60,277 nucleotides of DNA from a virus (taxonomy: Duplodnaviria; Caudoviricetes), in the IMG/VR virus record IMGVR_UViG_3300042475_003740, positions 1-60,277 of that record; one strand, given 5' to 3'. The translations under genes and the position numbers were made by a program. Within the stretch, counting starts at the first letter, position 1. Each line of letters opens with the position of its first letter. This document shows positions 9,260-19,041 of this stretch, piece by piece. Under the pieces are notes generated by a model, which saw nothing but the letters and a program-made list of their open reading frames with translations, searched no databases and was not told the origin of the DNA.

Positions 9260-10140
9260 GGAATCACCGCCGCGAAGGCTGTAAATAAATCTGCTCTGCG
9301 TCCATTGAGAGCGGAGACTTGAGAAGCCGTTAAGCCGTCTCCAATATGATAAAATGCAATTCTTGCCGAACTGAACCCAAAGGTTTCAGTAGTTTCTGCG
9401 GAAGCGCCAGTTGCGCTTCCTAGCGCACAAAAAACACCAACCGGATGATCTGAAGGTGTTGAATTGTCTGTATCTAAATTGACATCAAAACTTCCATTGA
9501 TATATCTTGCAGGAGTTTGTCCTGTAACTCTAGTGGCAATATAATGCCCAGAGCCTAAAATGTTAGCTGCAGTAGGACTACCCCAGCCTGCGCCATTGAT
9601 ATAATCGTCACAGGGTAGATAGTGCCGTGTATAAATGCCTGCTCTAAACACACCCATGGGACGACCACTATTCAAATTTGATGTGCCAAACAATCCCAAA
9701 TGTAGATTTTCGCCTGTGGTATATTGGGAGATTTTATAATTAGTGTTAAGGTACTTGCTAAGGCCATCTCCCACCAGCCCAGTCTTGCGGTCGTAATCAC
9801 CGCTGACGAAGTTGTAGTTGGTCGGCGCAGGCATATCTGCTGCGATTGGCGTCAGAGCCCCTGAAAGCGTCCGCGCCCCTGCCATGAGACATCCCGCCTT
9901 GACTGTGCTTGCCGCTTGCGCCAGCACGTTGCTGCTCACCCCTAAACTGCCATCGGCAACCATGCCTTGCAGGCAGATATTGAAGCCATCGGTGACGCCG
10001 CGCTCCAGGCCTTGAGTATTTCCGGCAGTTACATCCGCAGCGGTTACACGATCAAGATAGTCTTGCACATAACTAGGATATAGCAATCGACTGCCGCCTG
10101 ACAGTCCTAAATATCCAATGCGGCCAACGGCGCCGATCAT
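9256..10140 (-). CDS. putative receptor-binding/virion protein with a beta-rich (LamG-like) C-terminal domain
   Basis: APTNYNFVSGDYDRKTGLVGDG junction followed by a low-GC, beta-rich C-terminus. Confidence 0.6.
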   Translation of the reverse strand: MIGAVGRIGYLGLSGGSRLLYPSYVQDYLDRVTAADVTAGNTQGLERGVTDGFNICLQGMVADGSLGVSSNVLAQAASTVKAGCLMAGARTLSGALTPIAADMPAPTNYNFVSGDYDRKTGLVGDGLSKYLNTNYKISQYTTGENLHLGLFGTSNLNSGRPMGVFRAGIYTRHYLPCDDYINGAGWGSPTAANILGSGHYIATRVTGQTPARYINGSFDVNLDTDNSTPSDHPVGVFCALGSATGASAETTETFGFSSARIAFYHIGDGLTASQVSALNGRRADLFTAFAAVIP

Positions 10141-10865
10141 CAGAGCACCGCCGTCACGTTCAAATGGCCATCCGTGGTGTCACGAATCACCCGAAAATGC
10201 GTCACCCCGGCAGGAATCCGCATATGGAATCGCTCACCGGCTTCTAATGCAAGCTGCCCAGCTGCAACGCTAGCCGCGATAACATCGCTAGCTCCAAACC
10301 TTATGAAACACCGACCCGCTGACGAAGCATGAAACATCACCTCTCGGCTGGCGCCAAGCGTTGGCAGCGCCACGGCTGCGGAGCTAGTTGATGTAAATGC
10401 TTGGCGAAGGCTGCTGGCCGTGTCGTAGGCCCTTGTATTGTTGCCGAAGGAATCAGTTGCTGACGCTGTGCTCAGCACCGGCACAGCCCCGCCGCTCAGG
10501 GCCGGCAGCTTGCTATCGATCGACTCCAGCTCCGCCAGCTGCAGCGCCTGGTTGGCGGCCGTCGCGTCGCCACCACCCCCACCACCCCCACCGCCGCCTT
10601 GCCCGTCGTCGTACTCGATGAACAGCCTGTCGCTGTCAGCCATCCCTGCGGTGCTGACCACCAGCGTGAGCACCGGCGAGGCGTAGGTCGCGCTGCTGAG
10701 GTAGCCGTCGCCGCTCTCAGCCGTCGGGTCGAACAGCACCACCCCACGGGTCAGGTTGGTCACCTTGAGGATGTGGCTGATGCTCGCAGGCACCGTGGTG
10801 GCGAACGAGATCGTCCGGTTCACGGCCGAGAACGTCGCGTGAGCTGGTGTGAGTACTCTGCGCAT
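10140..10865 (-). CDS. virion structural protein (fibre-like, poly-Gly linker)
   Basis: Late motif at 10888-10895; GDATAANQ motif and a G10 linker. Confidence 0.6.
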   Translation of the reverse strand: MRRVLTPAHATFSAVNRTISFATTVPASISHILKVTNLTRGVVLFDPTAESGDGYLSSATYASPVLTLVVSTAGMADSDRLFIEYDDGQGGGGGGGGGGDATAANQALQLAELESIDSKLPALSGGAVPVLSTASATDSFGNNTRAYDTASSLRQAFTSTSSAAVALPTLGASREVMFHASSAGRCFIRFGASDVIAASVAAGQLALEAGERFHMRIPAGVTHFRVIRDTTDGHLNVTAVL

Positions 10866-10885
10866 GGCCGCTACCGTCTACAGGT

Positions 10886-11026
10886 TCAGCTTTCCGGCTT
10901 CGGCGCCACCCGGCGCTTCGGCTCAGGTTTCGGCTCAGGTTTCGGCTCAGTCGCCACAGGCGCACCCATCGCGGCCTGCATCTCCTCAACCGTCACGCCC
11001 TGGGGCATCGCAAACGAGGTCATTGC
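10886..11026 (-). CDS. small protein with EPKP repeats
   Basis: MTSFAMPQG...EPKPEPKPEPK...PES; 12-bp tandem DNA repeat. Confidence 0.45.
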   Translation of the reverse strand, partial: AMTSFAMPQGVTVEEMQAAMGAPVATEPKPEPKPEPKRRVAPKPES

Positions 11027-11046
11027 TCGATCCTCAGAAATGTTGA

Positions 11047-11065
11047 GGGGCCCCGAAGGGCCCCG
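11047..11065. terminator. hairpin GGGGCCC-CGAA-GGGCCCC after the capsid operon
   Basis: Perfect GC stem just downstream of the 11073 stop. Confidence 0.55.
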
Positions 11066-11072
11066 GTGGTGA

Positions 11073-11531
11073 TCAGTTCGCAACCTGCAGGCTGATCGTG
11101 TTCACGCCGGCAGGGGCGTTGGCATCGGCGCCAGCGTTGGCGCGGATCGCCACCACGCGCACGTCACCCGAGGTGATCGAGGCGCCGGTGGCAGCCAGCG
11201 CACGTACCTGCGCACCGCTCAGCGCGATCTCCTGGATGCCGGGGGCACAGGTGACCAGGGCGATGGTGGCGTAGTGGCTGTTGTTCACGGTCCCCCCTTC
11301 GGGGACGTGAGCCACCTGGACGGTGTACTGGCCGGCAGCGCTGGCATTGCCGTGCGCGACCAGCTTGAAGGTGTCCTGAGCCTCAAGGCGAGTGTTCAGG
11401 ATCTGGGCAGCACCCGTACGGGTGCCAGCGGCGCGGCCTCGAGCGCCAGCAGCGACAGCACCCACCAGGACGGTGGCTGCGTCGATCAGGTAGCCCCTGC
11501 GGGGGGCGAGGCCGGTGGAGCGAGCTCCCAT
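11073..11531 (-). CDS. capsid decoration / minor capsid protein
   Basis: Small Ala/Gly-rich beta protein directly after the major capsid gene. Confidence 0.6.
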   Translation of the reverse strand: MGARSTGLAPRRGYLIDAATVLVGAVAAGARGRAAGTRTGAAQILNTRLEAQDTFKLVAHGNASAAGQYTVQVAHVPEGGTVNNSHYATIALVTCAPGIQEIALSGAQVRALAATGASITSGDVRVVAIRANAGADANAPAGVNTISLQVAN

Positions 11532-11561
11532 GGTTTGGTCCTCAGAGAATCAGGGGATAGA

Positions 11562-12503
11562 TCAGGCGACGACAGCCGCGTCGGTGATGTTGTAGAGGCG
11601 GGCAGCGGAGCGGCCGTTCATCACGGCGAGGGCGGTATAGAACTCGATCCGGGTGCGATCGACCGGCGCATCCGGCACCTCGCCCAGGGCGCGAACCGAC
11701 ACGCCGAACTGGCCGCGGGCACGACCCTGGATGGCGGTGGTGAGCAGGTCACCAAACGACACGCAGTAGATCGAGGTGGTGGCGCCACCAGTAGGCGCAC
11801 CGCCGGCCGTCTCGGTGAACGGCATGATCTGCTGGTTCTGGGCGTTGGCGTCAACCACCACGATCGGCGTGTCGCCGTAAGTGGTGACGCGGCGGCCGAA
11901 CTCGCTCTGTTCGTAGTTGATGAAGCCGCCGATCGAGGAGTTGCGGCTGGCAGCGTTGAGGCGCCGGCGCATCTTCTTGTTCATGATCAGCACCTTGCTG
12001 CCGCCCTGCGCGTCACAGGCATCGATCAGCTCATCAAGCACGGTCAGCGACAGGGCGCCGCCGGCGTTGACGGCCTGCGAGCTGCCAACCTGCACGCGAC
12101 GGCGGAGGCCGTCGAACGCACGGGGGTTGGTGCTCTCATCGCCGTTGATCACATGGTCCTCGAAGGTCATCCGCATCGAGCGGACCTTCATCTGCACCTG
12201 GTCGGCAATGGCCTGTTCGCCGCGCATGTCGATCACGGCGGTGTCTACATCGACCTCGGCCCCCATGATCTTGAGGCGCTCAGCCTGAGGGTTGAGCACG
12301 CCATAGGTGGCGTCGAGGGTTTCGTTGATGCCACGAAAGCCAACTGCAGGCAGTTCGCCTTCCTGGTCGTAGAAGATGCCTTCTCCCTCCACATCGCGGA
12401 AGGGAATAATGCTCATGAGCTCGCCTTCGCTCAGCTCACGGATAACGGCGAGGCGGGCCGGATCGCGTTCGGATTTGGCCGCCTCCAGAAGGGTAAGGCC
12501 CAT
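11562..12503 (-). CDS. major capsid protein (HK97 fold)
   Basis: LTLLEAAK, LPAVGFRGINE, INGD...FDGL, LDELIDA and VLIMN; follows the scaffold gene. Confidence 0.85.
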   Translation of the reverse strand: MGLTLLEAAKSERDPARLAVIRELSEGELMSIIPFRDVEGEGIFYDQEGELPAVGFRGINETLDATYGVLNPQAERLKIMGAEVDVDTAVIDMRGEQAIADQVQMKVRSMRMTFEDHVINGDESTNPRAFDGLRRRVQVGSSQAVNAGGALSLTVLDELIDACDAQGGSKVLIMNKKMRRRLNAASRNSSIGGFINYEQSEFGRRVTTYGDTPIVVVDANAQNQQIMPFTETAGGAPTGGATTSIYCVSFGDLLTTAIQGRARGQFGVSVRALGEVPDAPVDRTRIEFYTALAVMNGRSAARLYNITDAAVVA

Positions 12504-12603
12504 CGGGATACCTGGGAATAGGGGTCTGCTGGTGGCGTCACGCCGGGGCGGACCACATCACGTGGTCCGTGTCGCAGTCAGCAGACCCGTTCCCTTTAAG
12601 CCG

Positions 12604-13395
12604 TTACCGGCGCCGTGCGAAGGCGTCCTTGAACAGCTGGCCCGTGGGCACCTTCGAGAGGTCCGCGGTGTTGTTCACCCGCCCATCACGGCCGCCACGG
12701 GCACCGCCTCCGGAGCCGTATTCCGGCTGGAAGTGCATACCGTGCACGGGATCCTTGCGGAGCTTGGCGAAGTGCTCGCGCAGGGTGATCCGCTTGCCGG
12801 TCTCGGGATCCAGTGCCGGGCTGCCGTCGGCGTCGAGCAGGTAGAGGCCGTTTTTGTCCTCGGCGTAGCTGGTGCCGAAGACTTTCCAGATGTAGTCGAA
12901 CGGCGTGCAGCCGTCGATCTCGCTGGCGTCGGTGGAGCCCTTGCTGGCGAGGAACTCCCGCTCCGCCTTCACCCGCAGCGCCTCCCGCTCGGCGGCGGTG
13001 GCCTTGCTCTGCAGCTCACCGGTGAGCCGGGCCAGCTGCTCCTGATACTTCCGCTCCTGGTCAGCCAGGCGGGAGTTGATCTGCTGCTCCAGTAGCTGCC
13101 GCTGGTGCTCGGCAGCGTCAGCCTTGGCCTGGGCCTCGGCCAGCAGCTGAGGGTTGACCTGCCCCACCTCCTTGAGCTGAGCCTCCAGCTGGGCGGCGCG
13201 GGCGGCGTTCTGCCGGTTCAGCTTCCGCTCGGCCTTTAGGGCACGCAGGAGGCCGTCGGCATCGGTGAGCTGTTGATCGTCGCCGGTGGGGTCGGCGTCA
13301 CCGGAGCCGCCGCCTCCATCGGGTTCGTTGTCGGGGTCGGGGGTGACGGTGTTGAAGATCTCCCGCAGCAGCTGGCGGTACAGGTTGGTGGGCAT
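12604..13395 (-). CDS. capsid scaffolding protein
   Basis: Acidic N-terminus, LKAERK coiled coil and F..EYGSGGG tail; directly upstream of the capsid gene. Confidence 0.75.
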   Translation of the reverse strand: MPTNLYRQLLREIFNTVTPDPDNEPDGGGGSGDADPTGDDQQLTDADGLLRALKAERKLNRQNAARAAQLEAQLKEVGQVNPQLLAEAQAKADAAEHQRQLLEQQINSRLADQERKYQEQLARLTGELQSKATAAEREALRVKAEREFLASKGSTDASEIDGCTPFDYIWKVFGTSYAEDKNGLYLLDADGSPALDPETGKRITLREHFAKLRKDPVHGMHFQPEYGSGGGARGGRDGRVNNTADLSKVPTGQLFKDAFARRR

Positions 13396-13442
13396 GGCAT
13401 CACGCCGAATTGCCCCGTAGTTTTCCGATCGCTTCTCGGTGG

Positions 13443-13604
13443 TCAGCGCCGCCGCGCATCATTCAGCGCCTGTCGGATCACCCGCGCTCGTGCCTCCCGA
13501 TCCTGCAGCCGCTGGCGATTGGCCAGGGCCACCAGGGCGGAGAGCTCCACGGCGGCAGGGCGATCAGGAACGACGACGAACTGATCGGGGCGATCGGCGG
13601 TCAT
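13443..13604 (-). CDS. small hypothetical protein
   Basis: MTADRPDQF..., ATGA-coupled. Confidence 0.5.
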   Translation of the reverse strand: MTADRPDQFVVVPDRPAAVELSALVALANRQRLQDREARARVIRQALNDARRR

Positions 13605-15040
13605 GGTGGAGGTGCGAAGGTGAGGTCTTGCTCCGTGAAGCCCAGCGCCAGGCACATGGCGCGGCAGTAAGCATGATCAAACCAGTCCCAGGTGGGGTGA
13701 ACGTTGAATCTGTAGTTAATTGTGTATCCTCCTAGCTCATCAGGATCGTAGTTTGCGTTGCTTTCGTCAAGTTCATCTCTGATGACAGGAGCAGCCGGAT
13801 CAACCCTGAAGCGAAGCGCAGGTGATGCTTTGAATTGATCTACTATATCTGTTTCATACATATAATACAATAAACGCTGCTGATTTCCGTTTTCGTAAAA
13901 CCCTTTTACGGTAGAGTTTGCGCCTACTGTGTCTGTGCGTAGTTTTTTCCTCGCAGGATCAAACGTCTTAAGTTCGTTTTCGGTGACGAATGGCGTTATG
14001 TCATTAGCTACGCAATATCCATAAAGCGACTCGAAAGCATCTGGAGCGGTGGGTAGTTCAATATAAGAAGTAACATAGTCACCATTGAAGCGTGTAGGTC
14101 CTGGGGTGAAAGTTCTGTCTGCTCCCGGTCCGTCAAATTCAAATAAGTAATCCTGAAGACCAGTGCCTTCAGCGTCTTCCTTCCATGATTCCATAATGTC
14201 CAGCAGTGTCCCTTGAACGGTTATCTCCTTGATCTCAGCAGGAGAGCATAGAAACGCAACAGGTTCGTGCTCAGTTCTAATTGGTGTGTAATTTATGAAG
14301 GTGTCTGTGTCTTCAAGCACTTGAGTGTATAGGCTCTCGATGTCGTCTTCTTGGTAAAAAGATTGCCACACTCCAGTCTCCTCATTGTAGGCTTGTATAA
14401 CACGAAACCGACTCTGTTCATTAGTGCCGCTTGAAGTGCCAACAAAACCTATCACGACAATAGATTTATCTTTGCCTGCGGGAAGTGTAAAGACGATGTC
14501 ATCAAAATTGTTTTCAACCACAACAGTATCGGAGTAATTCTTGTATTCTCTAAGCTGAATAACTCTTTGCGTTTGCGGATCTGTTACCGTGTAGGGCTCG
14601 CCTTCCACCTGTTCGCTGCTTATCCTGTCTTCCGTAGCAAAAAGCAGCCCATATGTTTTTGTTAATGAAGCATTGCGCTTCCCTGTCCATATCTTTATTT
14701 TGCGTTCAACAGGAGTCTCCTTGTCATACCCAAAGCTGTAGCTCAGCTCATACTTTGTCTCATACGACACTGTGGCATGGGCAAGCTGCTTGCCAAAGCG
14801 CCTGGCGAACGTCGGCGGGATCGGCTCGAACTCCGGCACCGCTCCCTTCCACGGATCTCGGCCACCAGCCGCCCGGCTGATCTGCGACTCCGCAAACCGC
14901 AGCGCATTGCGGGCAACGCGGGCCGCGCTGCGTTGCGCCGTTCCGTCCTGATTCCTGGCATCAAGCGCCGCTCGATTCGCTGCCTGCAGCGCCCTGGAGG
15001 CCTCCAGCACATCCGCTGGCGTTCGGATGCGGATCTCCAT
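13601..15040 (-). CDS. tail protein with a low-GC variable core
   Basis: Likely start MEIRIRTP at 15040; lies in the tail operon. Confidence 0.6.
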   Translation of the reverse strand: MEIRIRTPADVLEASRALQAANRAALDARNQDGTAQRSAARVARNALRFAESQISRAAGGRDPWKGAVPEFEPIPPTFARRFGKQLAHATVSYETKYELSYSFGYDKETPVERKIKIWTGKRNASLTKTYGLLFATEDRISSEQVEGEPYTVTDPQTQRVIQLREYKNYSDTVVVENNFDDIVFTLPAGKDKSIVVIGFVGTSSGTNEQSRFRVIQAYNEETGVWQSFYQEDDIESLYTQVLEDTDTFINYTPIRTEHEPVAFLCSPAEIKEITVQGTLLDIMESWKEDAEGTGLQDYLFEFDGPGADRTFTPGPTRFNGDYVTSYIELPTAPDAFESLYGYCVANDITPFVTENELKTFDPARKKLRTDTVGANSTVKGFYENGNQQRLLYYMYETDIVDQFKASPALRFRVDPAAPVIRDELDESNANYDPDELGGYTINYRFNVHPTWDWFDHAYCRAMCLALGFTEQDLTFAPPP

Positions 15041-15042
15041 GA

Positions 15043-15489
15043 TCAGCCCGGGAAGCTCACGATGTCGTCGGTATGCAGGCTGACCCGGTAGATCCGTGGC
15101 TGCCCCGGCGACAGCGCGACGTTCGGCGTTTCCGTGAAGATCCCGGCCACGTGAGTGTCCCAGGTAGTGGTGCCGCTCACGGTGGTGCCCAGCACCAGGT
15201 AGGCGGTGTTCCACGTCAGGCCCACACCTCCAGAGCTGGCCGTGATGGTTGCCACCTGCTCAGGTGACCGCCAGTCGCCGGTGTCGCTGCTGTAGCCACC
15301 AGCCGGAACCGTCCAGATCACCCGCGCATAGCCGTTGCCGCTGATCTCCACCGCATCCCATGCCGCCGTAGTGCTGGCCTTGGTGAGGCTGCCAGGGTTC
15401 TGAGCGCAGCAAAGCCTGGCGGTGCGCCCCTGGTAGGCAGCGGTGTAGACGCGTCCGAGCTCGGCGTTGCTCCACTCAAAAGCGGCCAT
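15043..15489 (-). CDS. tail protein
   Basis: EISGNGYARV motif; late motif upstream. Confidence 0.65.
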   Translation of the reverse strand: MAAFEWSNAELGRVYTAAYQGRTARLCCAQNPGSLTKASTTAAWDAVEISGNGYARVIWTVPAGGYSSDTGDWRSPEQVATITASSGGVGLTWNTAYLVLGTTVSGTTTWDTHVAGIFTETPNVALSPGQPRIYRVSLHTDDIVSFPG

Positions 15490-15529
15490 GTTTCCTGCTG
15501 CTCTGCTTGTCGCCTAGCTTTCCGTGCGC

Positions 15530-18274
15530 CTATCCGTAGAGCAGCTGCAGCACCGGCCTGCCATCGGCTTCACCGGATGATTCAGTGGCGCTGCTGGTGA
15601 TCGTGTAGCAACCGGCGGCATCAGTGCGGCTGAAGTAGAACGACCCATCGCCGGCACCATTGAAGAGGGTTCCGATCTCCGGGTACGGCGGCGGATCTTC
15701 ATCCTCCTCGTCGGGGAACACCAGCGCATCGGCCTGGCACCAGGCCCACACCAGAGCGAAGTTGCCACCAGTCCACTCGATCGGAGTGTCAAAGATGAAC
15801 TCATTAAATGGTCCGCTATTTGAACCTGTGAATGTCTGCGAAGCCGACGAATACACCTCTGTGAAGGTTCCGCCGTTCGTGCCGCTACTATTCACTCCCA
15901 CCGCGTTGGTGGTGTTCTTGGCTCCGATCTTGTAATTAGGGAATGGCTGATTATCTGGTGCTCTGAACACACGGAACCGGATTCCGTAGATCGTTGCATT
16001 TTCAGCCCCATCACATGCCAGCGACATCTCAGCAGCGCTGTAGGTTGCTTGCATGATCGTGCGTCTATACAGACCGCTAATCGGGTTCACGTCGTAGACA
16101 TACTCTCCAATCGAATCAATGATGTAATCTTCACCCCACACTCCTTCGGAATCAATCTCACCGGGCACATCATCGCCAGCGCCAACTCGCACGCCACCGC
16201 CGATCTCCACCACTGGCAGGAAGGTTTCTACGCTGATCATCCCGCCGCATCGAACGCCACCACGCAGCGGAATGGCCTCATTCCAAGGCTGCACGATCAC
16301 CGAGGGGTTGATCGTCGCCCGTGGTGTTGTCGCCGTGGTGGTCGGCAGGCTGGCGAACAGTGCGGTCTGATCCGGCGCCAGCGGGTTGAAGCCGCCGGGA
16401 ATGTTGATGGCGTTGGCGGGCCTCGGGTTGGCATTCGTGGTCACGGCGACAGTGGCAGGCAGGCTGCTCAACCCCGGCGGCAGGGGAAACCATGCGCTGC
16501 CCACCGTGCCATCGATCGCACCCCAGAACAGCGTGTCGGTGCTGCAGACGATGCCATCGGCGCCGATCGTCCAGGTAGTGCCGTTGACGCGCAGGGCGGC
16601 GGTGCAGCCGTTGAGGCGCAGATACAGCAGGCTGAACGGAGCGGCCGGCGTGTCGAGCGGCGCCAGCTGCAGGCCGAACCCATTGCGATGGGCCAGTAGC
16701 AGGCGGTTTTCCAGGCGGGCGTAGCTCAGGGCCTGCTGCTCCGCGTTGGCTGCCACCACCGAGTAGGTGGGTGAGCCGCCGCCGCTGACCTGGATTCGGT
16801 CGTCGCTCACGTAGGGCGGCGAGAGCTCGATCGCCGCTTCTGCCGCCGGAGAGCCCAGTGCCCAGGTGGTCTTGGTGGTCTGTTCGGTCGTCGGCTCCCT
16901 GAGCAGCGCCTCGCGGTTGCGCTCCTGCTGGCCTGGTCGTCTCTGCAGACCGAACTCCCGCTCTGTTCTGATCCTGGTGTTGCTGCCGTAGGGCACCAGG
17001 CGGCTGGCGTAGCCGATCAGATCCTGCAGCGGCTCCTCTGCTTCGCGCAGGCGGGAGATGGCGTCAGCACCGAACGGAGTATTAATGTAGGCGGTGGCGG
17101 CAATCGTCTTGGTCAGGGTGATGCCGGATGCGCTGTTTTTGTCGTAGTTGACGACTCGCCAGGCGGTGGTCTGGTTGCCGCCGCGAAACTCTGCGTGAGG
17201 TCCGTTCTTGCCGCATGCGGCGGCGATGTCACCGCTTGGCGTCCATTCGGTGGTGGATTCGCGCACTACACGGCTGTAGTCTTCGCTGTTGCGATCAACG
17301 AAACCGCTGACATAGGAGAACGTTGTTTCGGTGTAGCGGGTGCCATTGAGCTGGTTTGTTGTTTCAGTTCTGCGCCGCACACGATCGCCCCCGTCGTATG
17401 ACGTTTCGGTGATGCTCACGTCGTTGTAGATAATGAACTCCTTCACCGTGTTTCCGCCTGCATCGGTGTAGGTGTGGATCGACTGCACACCGCCGCCGAT
17501 CACAACCTCCCGCTCCCAGTTGCGCCGCCTCACCTCGTCGTCGCTCAGGTTGCTGGCCGGTGCCACCAGCTTGTGGCTGATGTAGCGAGCGAACACCGCC
17601 TCGCCTGGCAGGTCGCCCACGCTGCTGGGGGTGAGGTCGATAATCTGTCCCCTTGTCACCAGCGGGCCGATGCCCACCTCCTGCTCGAGGGGGATGAACT
17701 CCACCTGCTCCGCGCCATTGATCCAGCAGCGGTATCGCTCCGATGCGGCGATCCGCCCCAGCTCCTCGACATAGCCAGCCGATAGGTCCCACTCATCCTC
17801 CAGTCGAGCGATCGTGAGCGGGATCGCTCCCGCGGCGGTAAGGCCCAGGGCGTCGAGGATCTTCTGCGTCACCCAGGCAGCTGTGATCGGCAGGGCTGCC
17901 ACGCGCCGCACCGACTCAGCCACGGCGGCGTTCTGCTCGGCCTCCTGCAGGTTGCTGGCTGGCGGCTTGCGGTTCTCGTAGAGGGCGAACAGACATCCCA
18001 CGCTGACGGTGGTGATGTTGCGCAGCGGATCAGCGGTGGAGCTCAGCACTCGCAGCCGCCGCGGCACCCGGGCGATCCATGCCTGCCCGTCGCTGTAGGC
18101 GAAGCTCACCGGCGTGCCGACCGTCGGCCGGTAGATGCCAGCGAGCGTCACGGTCCCCCTGGTGGTGATGACCCCGGCGGCGCCCTGGATGTAGCTGTCG
18201 GCGATGGTGGCGGGGCTGTCCGGGGCCAGCGGGCCGAGGTTGCACCATGCCCAGTGGCGGGTCTCAATGCTCAC
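15530..18274 (-). CDS. large tail tip / baseplate hub protein
   Basis: 914 aa, second gene after the tape measure. Confidence 0.7.
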   Translation of the reverse strand: MSIETRHWAWCNLGPLAPDSPATIADSYIQGAAGVITTRGTVTLAGIYRPTVGTPVSFAYSDGQAWIARVPRRLRVLSSTADPLRNITTVSVGCLFALYENRKPPASNLQEAEQNAAVAESVRRVAALPITAAWVTQKILDALGLTAAGAIPLTIARLEDEWDLSAGYVEELGRIAASERYRCWINGAEQVEFIPLEQEVGIGPLVTRGQIIDLTPSSVGDLPGEAVFARYISHKLVAPASNLSDDEVRRRNWEREVVIGGGVQSIHTYTDAGGNTVKEFIIYNDVSITETSYDGGDRVRRRTETTNQLNGTRYTETTFSYVSGFVDRNSEDYSRVVRESTTEWTPSGDIAAACGKNGPHAEFRGGNQTTAWRVVNYDKNSASGITLTKTIAATAYINTPFGADAISRLREAEEPLQDLIGYASRLVPYGSNTRIRTEREFGLQRRPGQQERNREALLREPTTEQTTKTTWALGSPAAEAAIELSPPYVSDDRIQVSGGGSPTYSVVAANAEQQALSYARLENRLLLAHRNGFGLQLAPLDTPAAPFSLLYLRLNGCTAALRVNGTTWTIGADGIVCSTDTLFWGAIDGTVGSAWFPLPPGLSSLPATVAVTTNANPRPANAINIPGGFNPLAPDQTALFASLPTTTATTPRATINPSVIVQPWNEAIPLRGGVRCGGMISVETFLPVVEIGGGVRVGAGDDVPGEIDSEGVWGEDYIIDSIGEYVYDVNPISGLYRRTIMQATYSAAEMSLACDGAENATIYGIRFRVFRAPDNQPFPNYKIGAKNTTNAVGVNSSGTNGGTFTEVYSSASQTFTGSNSGPFNEFIFDTPIEWTGGNFALVWAWCQADALVFPDEEDEDPPPYPEIGTLFNGAGDGSFYFSRTDAAGCYTITSSATESSGEADGRPVLQLLYG

Positions 18275-19041
18275 GCCGCCCCCCGGATCTTCAAAAGGGA
18301 CAGGCTTACGTCGTAGACGATGCTCACCACCCCGCCGTTGCGTTTCTGCCTGGCCTCAGGCTGCAGGCCCCCGGTGGGGAACCAGATCCCGGCAGCTGGC
18401 GTGGCGGCCACGGTGGTGCTGAACCACGTCCTGAGGTTGGCAAGGTTTGCCGCCGTCACCCAGCCCCGCACCTCCCGCCGCTCGATTGCCACCAGCGGGC
18501 CGGTGATCACATGGGCGCCAGCAGGTGAGAGGTTCGGTGCTGGGGGCGGCTCCAGCACATCAGGCTGAGCTGTGAGATTGATCACAGCGGTCCCCAGGGT
18601 GATGGTGCCCAGCGACAGGGCCTCGTACTCCTCCTCCGCTTCCTCCAGGTCGCGCAGCAGGATCGCAAGCGCTTGGCTGGCATCCACCAGGGCGATGGTG
18701 GTGCGCAGGTAGCCGCCGGCCGCCGGGGAGCTCACCACGTCGTTGAACCACGCCGCCCGGTTCGTCCATGCGAACCCTGGCCCGGTGGCATTGACGGTGG
18801 CGGTGGCCCCCACCACCCCGGTGCGCTCTGGTGGCTCCTGCACCAGCCGGGCGGCATTCCAGGCCGCGTACAGCGTCTTGACGGTCGCCAGCTGCGATGG
18901 CCGCAGCAGGGTGGAGAAGGTCAGCGTCTCGGCCACCTTCCCCCGCCTGGCGTCGGTGGCGTCGTAGCCATGCGGGTACTCGAGCAGCTCGGGCACGGTG
19001 AAGGTGGTGCCCCCGTAGGCGATCGTCGGGGCGGCCGGCAT
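18271..19041 (-). CDS. distal tail-like protein
   Basis: Position immediately after the tape measure gene. Confidence 0.55.
   Translation of the reverse strand: MPAAPTIAYGGTTFTVPELLEYPHGYDATDARRGKVAETLTFSTLLRPSQLATVKTLYAAWNAARLVQEPPERTGVVGATATVNATGPGFAWTNRAAWFNDVVSSPAAGGYLRTTIALVDASQALAILLRDLEEAEEEYEALSLGTITLGTAVINLTAQPDVLEPPPAPNLSPAGAHVITGPLVAIERREVRGWVTAANLANLRTWFSTTVAATPAAGIWFPTGGLQPEARQKRNGGVVSIVYDVSLSLLKIRGAA

Noticed and set aside
10917-10949. 12-bp tandem repeat resembling the late motif (CCGAAACCTGAG on the minus strand)
   Set aside because: It is explained by the EPKP peptide repeat and lacks the GG of the motif. The true copy is at 10888-10895.
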